Shown piece by piece: positions 40,032 through 52,005 of a DNA stretch of 64,000 bases. The stretch is taken from positions 30,103-94,102 of the forward strand of contig ADNK01000495.1 of NCBI GenBank assembly GCA_000320545.1, given 5' to 3'. The stretch's first letter is position 1, and the number at the start of each line of letters is the position of its first letter. The position numbers and the translations under genes are program-made. Origin of the DNA: Bigelowiella natans CCMP2755 (Eukaryota; Protista; Cercozoa). The notes under the pieces were generated by a model. It worked only from the letters and a program-made list of their open reading frames with translations. It was not told where the DNA came from and made no database searches.

Positions 40032-40425
40032 GGGAAGAGCAGAAAAAAAGAGAGACAAAATGTCACGTGATTGTGTAGAGGACATGTATGTTACATGTGA
40101 CCATGACAGTCATTGCTACCACTACACAGGACGATGAGAAAGCAGTTCAGAGTCTCTTAAAAAAGAAAGAAAGCTTCAGAGAAGTTCTAGAAAGCAAGAA
40201 AAAAGAAGCAAAAGAAAAACTGGAAGCTGCCCTCAAAATACACAACGAAAAGAACGACAAACTAGGCAAGCTTTATTCTGAGGTATCATTGGTTCTCATG
40301 CCGTACAACTCTTAACAGTGGTGCCAGTAGCTTACTGTATATACGAGAAATAATGAGACACAAACACATCCTGTGCAACTCATTCTAAATACACACGCTT
40401 CTTCAAGTTATGAACACATACTTTA

Positions 40426-40467
<42 letters not shown>

Positions 40468-43400
40468 TGTGTGTGTATGTGTGTGTGTGTCCGCTTGTGG
40501 CTATTTTTTCAAAGCGTTCTGACCTGAAAGAAATGGCGAAGAGTTTGGAGGCAAAAATTGCTGCTGGAATCCCAGTTGGACAGGTTCCTGCTGCTAGTGG
40601 ACCCGTCGGCATACCTCCACCACCCGGAGCTGCTATGTCTGCGGGCGGGATTCCACCTCCTCCGGGAGCTGGTGGCTTTCCCCCCATACCTTCTGCTGGC
40701 GGAGTTCCACCTCCTCCGGGAGCTGGTGGCTTCCCCCCCATTCCTGGTGCTGGCGGGATTCCACCTCCTCCAGGAGCTGATGGCTTCCCGCCCATACCTT
40801 CTGCTGGCGGGATTCCACCTCCTCCGGGAGCTGGTGGCTTTCCCCCCATTCCTGGTGCTGGCGGAGTTCCACCTCCTCCAGGAGCTGGTGGCTTCCCCCC
40901 CATTCCTGGTGCTGGCGGGATTCCACCTCCTCCAGGAGCTGATGGCTTCCCGCCCATACCTTCTGCTGGCGGAGTTCCACCTCCTCCGGGAGCTGGTGGC
41001 TTTCCCCCCATTCCTGGTGCTGGCGGAGTTCCACCTCCTCCAGGAGCTGGTGGCTTCCCCCCCATTCCTGGTGCTGGCGGGATTCCACCTCCTCCAGGAG
41101 CTGATGGCTTCCCGCCCATACCTTCTGCTGGCGGGATTCCACCTCCTCCGGGAGCTGGTGGCTTCCCCCCCATTCCTGGTGCTGGCGGAGTTCCACCTCC
41201 TCCAGGAGCTGGTGGCTTCCCCCCCATTCCTGGTGCTGGCGGGATTCCACCTCCTCCAGGAGCTGATGGCTTCCCGCCCATACCTTCTGCTGGCGGAGTT
41301 CCACCTCCTCCAGGTCGAACCAAACTCAACATCGGATGCCATCCATCCCAATCAATCAACCTATGACATATACATTAAGTAAACATGTCTTCTTCTTCTT
41401 CTTCTTACTGCTGTTGCAGGTGCCGGTATGATCCCCCCTCCTCCCGGAGGTGGTGGAATCCCTCCGCCTCCAGGTGCCGGTGGGATCCCTCCCCCTCCTG
41501 GTGCCGGTGGGATCCCTCCTCCTCCCGGTATGGGTGGCATTCCTCCCCCTCCTGGTATGGGTGGCATTCCTCCCCCTCCTGGTATGGGTGGCATTCCTCC
41601 CCCTCCTGGTATGGGTGGTCTCCCCCCTCCTCCTGGTATGGGTGGTCTCCCCCCTCCTCCTGGTATGGGTGGCCTTCCCCCTCCTCCTGGACTAGGTTGT
41701 AATAAGTAGAGAAAAGAGAGGGAAGGAGAGAGAGAATATCTTCGTCTATGATGAGAAGAATGGAAATTAAACTCAATTCATACTTTTGGAATATATAAAT
41801 ATCATCGTCGTCATCATCACCATCATCATCGTCGTTATCAACTGTCGTCCCCAACTAACCCCATTCCTTTCTTCTTCTGCATATGTGCTGGATATACATC
41901 CATAGGCCTTCCCGGTGCTATGCCAACAGTTCGAAAGGACAAACCAGTGGTGACAAGGCCAAAGGTAAGGAGAAAAGGGGAGAGAAGAGCGATGCCATGC
42001 GTTTCGATTCATAGGTTAGTGGTGCCGTACTACCTAAGTAACGACCGACGTTCATTCTCAGATCCAACCGAAATCGAAGATGATGGCTCTGTACTGGAAG
42101 AAAATCAATCTTCCTGGAAAGTCGTACGATAAACAGAAAACCTGCTGGCGGAAAATGGGGGTAATTAATTAGGCTACGAGATTGGGTTTCTATAAGTTTA
42201 ATAATTATGTCGTGATATGGAATTTGTGGCCTAGCATTTCGATCTTCTGTGCAGGTGGCAGGGATTATAAAATCAGTAGTAATGATGATGATAATGATGA
42301 TGATGATGATGATGATGATGATTGGGGTGGTGGTGGTGATAATGATGGGGATAGCACAGTATAATCCGTTTATAATTTATTCTCAATTAAACAGCTGGAA
42401 GATGTTCCTATCGATGAGGAAGAGCTAATCAATCTCTTCTCCAAGAAAAAAACGGCCAAAAAAAAGGAAAAGAAGGTGAGCAATATGATGTGAAAAGTTC
42501 TGCGTTCGTGTGATATCTTCCCACATATACCTCCTTTTCATGTTCATGGATGTGAGGCACTCAAATAATGTGTTTCCACTCGCTCACTGTGACCTTCGTT
42601 TTTGTGGTTGTATGTCGCAGTCAACGAAGGATCAATCATCGAAAAAGAAGAAGAAGCAAAAAGTGGTCGTTTTGGACCCGAAAGTCTCTAAAGCCGTGGG
42701 CATCCTTCTTCGGTCAGGACTGCCTCCAGTCGACGGTCTCTTATTCATTCCTCACGCACGCTCCTTCTTCTCCTAACTTTGTTGCCTAGTTATTAGAATT
42801 ACTACTATTGATTATATTAATAATATTATTGTTGTTGTTGTTGTTGTTACCACCTCCATCACCAATGTTTTCTCACTTGCTTACTTACGTCTATGAATAC
42901 CTATCAACCTCAGTCGTGAAGAAAAACATTGCTAGCATGAAGGGATTCGACGAAGACAAACTCACAAAAGTGATGAACAACCTCCCCACTCCAAGCGATA
43001 TCAAGGCCATCAAAAGTGAGAAAGAGCAAGAGACGAAGCGCGGTGGAGATCCTGAGAAAATCAATTGGGCGCCTCCGGAGAAGTAAGAATGAATTAAGGA
43101 ACTGTCAAATGAACATAGAACATCTTGATTTTCGATGATGATGATAAGAACGTGGTGTTGGTGATTACGAATCATAAATTAACTACATATTGTGGCTCCT
43201 ACCTTCTGATGCTACAATTGTTAACGGTATTCTCTCTTTGAGTTGTTGACGATCATCTATCTTCTGCTACTACTACTACTACTACTACTAGGAGTAGTAT
43301 CACCACCACCACTAACTATCTATGATCCATTTCAGATATTTCATAATGCTCAACTCTATTCCGCTGTTAAAGCCGCGGCTAAATTGCTGGATTTTTAGGT

Positions 43401-43852
43401 AGTTATAGCAGCAGCAACAGCAGCTGTAGTAGTTGTAGTGTCTGGGGTTATCATTATCACCACCTCCCTTACCATCATTGCCATTTCTAACTATAAAAAG
43501 GGAAAGGGAGGGAGGGTGGTGGTGGTGGTGAGGAGCAGCAACTTATTGGAAGTTAATGCTAACAAAATGTGTATTATTATGGAAGAGAGCTGTTCATAAA
43601 GGTATTGTCTCCTTCCTCTCCGCACTCTTTTCTTCTTCTTCGTGTCCTTCTGTATACCTTCTCAGTTTTCAATTTGAGGAGAATGTCAAGGAGGCAAGTA
43701 AGGATCTGACGATTATTAGTGATACGTGCAAGGAACTCCAAGAGGGAAAGCGATTGAATGTAATATATCATGTAATTCCATGATGACGGCGATGAGATGG
43801 TCTCGAATCATCTGTTGTATGAGAGTTTACAACAGGCTGAAAGAAGAATGTG

Positions 43853-43887
<35 letters not shown>

Positions 43888-44302
43888 CGTCATATATTCA
43901 TTTGGAGCCACTTACTGCTGCTATGAATAGAAAATCAAATAATTCCCTCTTCTTCGAGCTGCTTACAACGCAACGTTAATCATCAGAAAACAAAACGAAC
44001 CTAATCAATAATGATTGAGCTCCCCCGTCTTTCCCCTCCCACACTTCTTCTCCTCCTCCTCCTCCTCCTCCTCCTCCTCCTCTCATGTTTCTTCTGTCAT
44101 CTTCTTCTTAGGCATTGTGTGCCATGATTCTCACTTGCGGAAACTACATGAATGGCGGCAGAAAAGGAAAGGAACGAGCTGATGGTTTTCACTACTCGTT
44201 TCTCACAAGACTTAAAGGGACAAAATCCAACGATAAGAAATCGAACTTGCTCAGCTACATCGTGCTTCGCTGCCTCAAAAAGGTAATAGCCCTCCAGCAA
44301 CT

Positions 44303-44336
<34 letters not shown>

Positions 44337-44390
44337 CTCAATCAATCAACGACATACTGTCCATTCGAGACTGGAGAACCAATAGTTCTT

Positions 44391-44432
<42 letters not shown>

Positions 44433-45153
44433 CTCTTTTTGCATGCTACTGAAGAGATTCGTTCATTCTGATGATGTTGATGATGACAATGTCGATGATA
44501 TTACAATCCTCAATATCAGGATCCTGGCTTCCGTGAGATCAAGAAGGACTTTGAAGCTTTGATGAGTACCTCAAGTGTTCCTGAGCTGGTCAAACGACGA
44601 CAAAAAGAGAGACTACTACTTACATCTGTTGCGAATAATACCGTCTTACGTGCTGGTGCACTATTCCGTATCATTGATGATAAAGCGAGCAAGAAATAGC
44701 TTTGTTATCATCCAAAAGTCTTACTTTTCCCCCTCTTCCCATCTATTTCTTCATCCCCCCCCCCCATCTACCCCATATTTCTTTTTCACTTGCTCTGGTG
44801 CTAACAGGAGGAGGCTAAGGGAAGGGTCTTCAAAATTCAGAATCAATTCTCTATGAGGAAGAAGGAAAGTGAGAGGTATCATTCCATGGTTGTCGCAAAA
44901 GATAAGCGATAATAGAGATAATGATCATGCAAAAAGAATACGAGATAAGGAGAGCAAAAAAAAAGAGACTCGTCGTGTCATTCGTGTGGTCCTGCTTCCA
45001 ACCAGCAAAATGACTCACACTCTCCTCCTTCTCAGGGTCGCACAAAATTCCGTGAAAGACGCTGGTGTTCCGGACAACTTCGGCAGTAATATGCGAGATT
45101 TCTTCGAGAAAAATCAGAAGAGGTACGTCGGTCTGTCGGTCAGGAACAATAAT

Positions 45154-45190
<37 letters not shown>

Positions 45191-46839
45191 AGCAACTACT
45201 ACTACTAGGGTTTTTCTGAATATATGCTGCTGCTGCTGCTTACGAATACACACACACACACGCACACCTACACGCACACCTCTAGACTGGTTACCAGCAG
45301 CAGCTGTTTAAATTATTATCGTTATCAGGGTAACAGAGCTGAAGGAACTATACACCAAGACTGCAGCTAGATTCTCAAATCTGGTCCAATGGTTTGGTAA
45401 GCTCATCAATAACGTGGATGATATACACAAAACTCCATTGTTAATCGTCACACTTTCGCTTGCATGCACCATATAATACAAACGGCATGCCTATCAAGTG
45501 GGGCGATGATGTATTATGGCAATGTTGTCATTGTCGTCCTCTCATCATCAAATCAATAGGCGACGGACAAACAAAGCCCAAGAGACCAGTTAAATCGACC
45601 GAATTCTTTGCCGTGTTCCGCGAGTTCATTACGCAGGTGAAGAGGCTATCATCTTATGCTGTTAGTAATCATAATCATGTGGGGGCGGGAGACAAAAGAA
45701 TATCTATGTGTTCTCTAGCACATCATCCATTGAAACAACGACGAGATCCCTCCTCGTTACTCAATTATATATTTCTAGAAAATTGCTGCTCGATCACATC
45801 AAACGTCATTATCACCATCATGACTATCTCCCCCCTATATCTGGAAATTATTTGAACTCAGACACACGAATCACTACCAAAGCCAGAGAGGAAGGTTGTC
45901 GAAACAAGAAGATAATATGAGCAACTATAATAAAATGATTCGATTATAATTGTTGTAAGAAAGAGAGTGAGATTGGGAGAAGGAGGGAGGAACGTACTAC
46001 TGACGATGACAATATTAAAAATATAATGTCACGTAAGTCCGTTTAACTTCTGCCAAATTTTCTCAGACCTGTTTAGTTTTCCTAGAATCCTCATTGTTTT
46101 TCCTCCTCCTCCTCTTCTTCCTCCTCCTCCTCCAACTCGATAGAGGGGTGCTAAGATAGGCGTGAACAACAAGCAGGGAGGGGGTAGCGGTGGTGATGGT
46201 GGTAAAGACGGCAAGAAGCAGAAATCTCCTGTTGGTGGCATGAAGGCGATCATATCTGCAATTAAGGCAGGACCTGGGTACTACTACTACCTACTACTAC
46301 TACTACTACTGCCACTACTATTGTCATAGTAGTAAAATAGTAATAGAAGCAGTAGCTTTCTAGACAACCCTTCCTATCACTTTTACGCTTCTGAGCACTG
46401 TAGTAGTAGTAGCAGCAGCAGCAGCAGCAGCAGCTGTGATGCCAAAGCTCTCTCTCCTGTGTAGTCGATTAATAATATGCTGCTGCTGCTGCTACTGTCT
46501 CCCAGTGTTAGAAAGGGACTCAAGAAAAAGGGAATCAAGACCTCCCCCGAAGCGAAAGGGAAGGAGGGACAATTAGATCTTGCTGCTTTGAGGAAAGGGC
46601 TCGGAAACAAGAAGAAGAAGGGAGGGGATGGTAGAAAGGGCCCTAGTTTAGCGAACGATCTCGGCATTTCGTCCATTGGCACCAAAAAGAAAAGTCAAGG
46701 TATGTGTTCGGTAAATGCTGCACGTTTTGCTTCTTAGCGATCAAGAGGGTTTATTAATATGCCTGTTTCAATCGTGCTGACAGGTGGCACTCGCAAAGAA
46801 AGTGATGCCCCACCCCCCCCACCGCCTCCAGTTGATTAA
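36620..46839 (+). CDS. Formin (GBD/FH3-like N-terminus, coiled coil, FH1, FH2, basic tail), more than 30 exons; start uncertain
   Basis: Poly-proline FH1 exons (about 40510-41313 and 41420-41693); FH2 motifs [36 protein letters not shown]...[27 protein letters not shown] and [10 protein letters not shown]; ends PPPPPPPVD*. Confidence 0.92.
40641..41313 (+). repeat. Coding minisatellite in formin FH1: 12.5 x 54-bp units with a 162-bp higher-order period
   Basis: Unit AGG(I/V)PPPPGA(G/D)GFPPIP(G/S); the D variant occurs in units 3, 6, 9 and 12. Confidence 0.95.
41420..41693 (+). repeat. Second FH1 coding repeat, about 10 x 27-bp units
   Basis: PPPPG(A/M)GG(I/L) repeated in tandem. Confidence 0.9.
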
Positions 46840-47049
46840 AGGATGGATTGTTGCGGAACAGTTGGCACTTTAACTTGTTTTCTTTTTATCTCCAATGCAT
46901 ATATATATGTACCTGTAGTAGCACAGTGGATACTGTTCACGGCGACCAGCAGTTTCACTCCATTGATTATGTTTTGATCATTCTAATAAGAGGTTATGCA
47001 ACAAGTTAAATTAGTACGAATTTTGGCATTGGTTTCAATATTATTAGCC

Positions 47050-47740
47050 GCGATGAATTTTTTTTTTTCATGCCGAGCAGTATCTATGAAACGATTAGAG
47101 CAAGCTGAGCGCTACAAGCACAGCAAACAGCATGATAGCGCCACAAGTGCATGGATACATGCATGTCATTTTGTTCGATCGCTAAGAATTACTGAGTGAC
47201 GATCCAGCATCAGGTAGCCACGTCTGCAAACGTGCGAAGTTAGCTATCATTTAAGGATTGTTGAGACATGCCATTGCACAATGATGACTTGAGAGGCTCT
47301 CCAATTTCTCATGTAGACGCTGTCACTGCAACGTGTTGTAGACACAATGCAATTTAATGAGCAACCGTCAAACCAACCAGCGTCCATCATTGACAACAAC
47401 TTGCAACTGCGATGCTTGACATTGCATTCATTCGAAGCGATCTCTTCGTGCCCTTATTCACTTGCTAGCTTGGCGCAATTACATGTCTAACAACGCGCAA
47501 ACGCCCACAGCTACATACCCACACGCACTGTCCAGCTCTCATGTGCGATGTCACGACAACTGCAACACAGCTCATTAGGTCATCAAGTTGTTGCTTGCAA
47601 TGCAAACACATGCAATGCGCACAGTGCCTGCTCATATGCGGCCACCTGAAAGCGATGTCGAGGACCGTCGTGCGCGTCCCTTCATTAATTGTTGCAACGC
47701 AAGCGCGCGTACGAATTCGAGGATCGACGGCGGTACATAT
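47050..47740. other. Decayed island between convergent formin and Nnr genes
   Basis: tgca/catg/caa-rich; no credible ORF. Confidence 0.5.
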
Positions 47741-47759
47741 ATGTGATACTTTTTAATCA

Positions 47760-48915
47760 TTAAATAATCTCCGGCCCGATATACTGAATCCACAAGCGCC
47801 TCGGAATCAAAGTAGGATCTCGAATCCATCTCATACCCTCTGGAACGGCACTAATTTTTGGGAGAAATAAAGATACATTTTTTTTTTTAATTCAGCTGAT
47901 ATCGGGTGTGATTCGGTGTAGCATTATTGGGGGTTACTATCACTTTAAAATATCATCTGCTGTCATCCCATCTTGCCCTGCACATTAAGAATATCAGTCG
48001 TCATCACAAAAAGATGATTATAATGATTTTCGTAATAATGATGGACGTTTAGTTATCTACCAAGCTTCGACGCAGCGGCATCTCCCTTGATATCAAAAAA
48101 ACAATATTCATACTATTGCCACAAACTGCGACTGAAAAGGATGTACCGCCATTCCATGAAGATAAACCCCAGTCACTGTAGCCTGCATGGTATAACAACA
48201 ATTGGCGAAGGATGAGGCAGAGTCATTTGCTTGTTCAGTGTCAATGCTAAGTAAGAATGATGCCTGATATGGAGAAAGGCCGGCGCACAACATAGCGGAT
48301 ATGCATCCCGTGAGAACATCTCCAGAACCCTGCATTATTACAGTGGCGGTTACAGCCGTTGTGAAGGCTAAAGTTCAGACGCACTATGTGACAGCCATAG
48401 CTTATCAATCGCAGGTACTACTGCTCGATCAGTACTGCTCGATGCGGGTATTCTCATTATCGTTTATCGTAACGATGATGTTGGTGCAGCTGTTGTAATA
48501 CAATACCGCTGTTCCCATGCCCGAGTTTCCTGTAGGATTTATCGACACATGGCCCTCTGGAGACACCTGACGTTGCAGAAAAGCGTGTTAGAAGTTGTAA
48601 AGATTCGAATCTATGTGAAGGAGAAGATGAAGGGGGGGGAAAAAAACAACGGCCCTTACGAAGCCAGCATTGCATTGATAGCATATCCATATTATCATCG
48701 TCATCTATTACCACAAGCGTATGCGCGCCTTTTACCACAACGATGGCTCGGTATCTAAGTATAATGTACTTCATTCTTGATACAATCCCACCGAGAATAC
48801 ACATGATTCGAAATCATGAAATGTTACAGAAGGAAGCGAAGAACGGTAGCAATGCTGTTTGGCTTTTTAGTAATGACTTGCGTTGTTATATTTAGAATAA
48901 AGAAACGTGTGAGAA

Positions 48916-48952
<37 letters not shown>

Positions 48953-49583
48953 TGTGAAAGAGAGCGAGAGGGAGAGAGAGAGAGAGATGAGGAGGGAGAC
49001 AGAGAAAATGCTGTGAAGCGAATGCAATTAGTACTTCTTGGCAGCTTCCCTTCCACTTGCCACAAGATCGGCCTTGACCTCCTTGATTGACCTATCTGTA
49101 GTCATTGTAGTAGAAGGCAACAACAGCCGTATTGAGGGAAGAATAAAGGACAGAATAATGATCATCGACGGTTCAGGAATGTCATAGCAAATCACCATCC
49201 AAACGAAGAAGAAGAATATGATGACAAGAAGAATAATGACAAGAGCAAGAAGGACAGGAACAAGAAGAGACGCACCCAGCAATCGCGCAAGTTCTCCGAT
49301 GTGAGGAGTGAGGATTCTCTCACCGCTCCCTCCAGCAATGAGAAGGGTAGGGTCGATTTTAGAGATGACCGTAAGGGCGTCTCCATCGACAACCACTGGC
49401 AGCCCTTTTTGGGAGAGTTTTGGCAAGATCTGAGCTATCATTTGCTGTGTGTCTTGATCAAGAGAGAGACCTGGGCCAATAACCTAATGATGATGATGAT
49501 GACGATGATGATGACGATGAGGACTATTGAGGGAGTAAGCGGAGGATCATAGTTGATTCTGCTTCTATTTATTGATATTCCAT

Positions 49584-49626
<43 letters not shown>

Positions 49627-51071
49627 CTCCTTTCTCATCCTATAATTTCCCTCTAGCATGCAGAAGTTCGATGCGAATCAAATCCTTCATCACAGCCAAC
49701 AACAACACAACAACAACAACAACAACAACAAAAACAACCACGACGTTCTGCTTCTCGGTGCTGTCAAGAATGATCTCCACCGCCTCCTTCGCGATGGCTC
49801 CCCTTTTGGTCTCGGGGAGAGGAATGAACACGACAGTCCCCGCAGTTGAAGAAATAACAGGTACGAGCGACTCAGGGCATGCAAGGCGCGAATATCCGCC
49901 ACCAGCTCTCAGAAATCCCTGTTGTTGTTAATATCATTCACGTTGTATTGCTATATTGCGTGCATTGTAGTGTCCGCGACGACGACGACGTCGACGACGA
50001 CGATGATGATGATGATGATGATGATGGACGATCCGTGGTGTCACAGCTTGCAGAGCAGGTTGTTCATGCGTAATAATTGGGCAGCAGCAGGGAGTCAGCC
50101 ATTTGCCAATCTCCCAAGGAATCTTTGGCAATGACAGTCTCTCTCTTCCTCTGCTTCTTCTTTCTACAGTTTTACAATAAGAGAGATATGGATAGAATAC
50201 GACGACCAACCGACCATGGATGCAAGCTTTGGTGCCCCGTAGTAGTTTCTTGAACCTTGAGGAGGAGGAGGAGGAGGAGGAGGAGGAGGAGGAGGAATTA
50301 ATAGAACTATTATGTCTCGCCACCAAATACATATACTCCCACTCTCCCTTGGCAACCGTCACTAACAGTACCTTTGCCAACGAACTACCAAACACACCTA
50401 CTGCTGCTATTACTACCAGCAATAAAGAGAGCCTGGCCAAATGAGCCCTTGTGCCCCGCTGAAACGTAATAAGAGGCAGCAAGTACGATTGGTTGAGCGA
50501 GTGTATTTAATAGTGATGGTGATATTGATGATGGCAGTGATGGTGACTCTAAGGACAACGATGATAATAATAATGATGATGGTGATGATACGATGTTACT
50601 CTAAGATTATGCAGTCTCTTCGTCTACTACCGGGGTCCCGATTAGCAATACAGGGAGGTCTGGATATTTCCACATTCAGCTCGCTGTCGTGGGAGGGGGG
50701 GAAGGAAATGCGGGTAGTGACAAGATGCCCACCCTATCGGCGTAAGGGAGAAGGAGGAGGAAGAAGGGGGAGGACGGGGGGGAAGAGGGAAACAAGGCAA
50801 CGATGACAGAGACAACAACAACAATAAACACGAGGAGAGGGAGAACAGCTCAACTCAATGGAGAAATGCGAAGGAACTGTGCTCTCAATTCCAGAACGTC
50901 CACTGCTTGCAGCATCGTTCGTATACTTATTATTGCTGTTACTATTAATGTAGTAGCACCACTCTTGTTTCTACTCCTTCTTAGCGTAGTACCATCTCGT
51001 AGCCAGGATAAAGCATATTGCCAAGTTTCGGGAGCCCATATGTAATTGTACTATCAGCTCTGATGTTGATG

Positions 51072-51123
<52 letters not shown>

Positions 51124-51971
51124 GTGTTAGCAGACGCACACACCTGGAAATGGTGTGAAAACTGATATATTGTTCAACGGCTGGTTGTAGAGTGCTGCAT
51201 CATGCTTGGTACATGGTTAAGTTGTTGCATCGGTGTTATGCCTGACCTGACACCAACACCCATTACGTCACCCGTGTCTCCGTTTATCTACTCACGCCAC
51301 ACATCCAAGGAGAATCGCATTTAAACACAGCTCTTAGCGCAGCACCAACAAATTTAAACTTGATCGAGATGGTAGAGCGAACATCCCCATCAGCGTCACC
51401 AAAATCATCATCATCGACTGCTTATCATAACGACTATTGCGGCTTATTGCTCGCTCTCTGACCCCTGCCCTCTGCCCCTCCTCCTCCTCTTCCTCCGCCT
51501 CCGCCTCCTTTTCCCTTTCTCGCTAGTTACTCATCATTTCTACTCACCCCCGAGGGAATATCCAAGGAGAAAACATGCCCGCCGCCTCCTTCTCTCCATC
51601 TGTTTATCGCTTCGACTATGTCACCGTACATGCCAGAGACGGGTCGCGTTAGGCCTACACCGAAGATGGCGTCTACTGACACATCAGCCCTTGAGAAGGG
51701 AACAAACACAGAACAACAGAAAGAAAGGACAACGACGCTGAGATATATGGAGGGAAGGGTAAGGGAGAAAGAAGGATCGATTATCGAATCGCAAGTAATC
51801 TATTCTCTGTTATTCGAGTAACATAACAACCACTCTAGCATCTTGTTGACAGCTTTGTTTGCATCCTTCGCCTCCGTGGAAAAACTACCAAAACATCATA
51901 GATACATCGCCCTGAGGCGGGAGAAACACACACATACACGCCTGTGCATGCACAAAAACACAAGATGTTGA

Positions 51972-52005
<34 letters not shown>

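Noticed and set aside
40403-41382. Long overlapping ORFs in alternative and antisense frames over FH1
   Set aside because: They are a by-product of a stop-free tandem repeat with a period divisible by 3.
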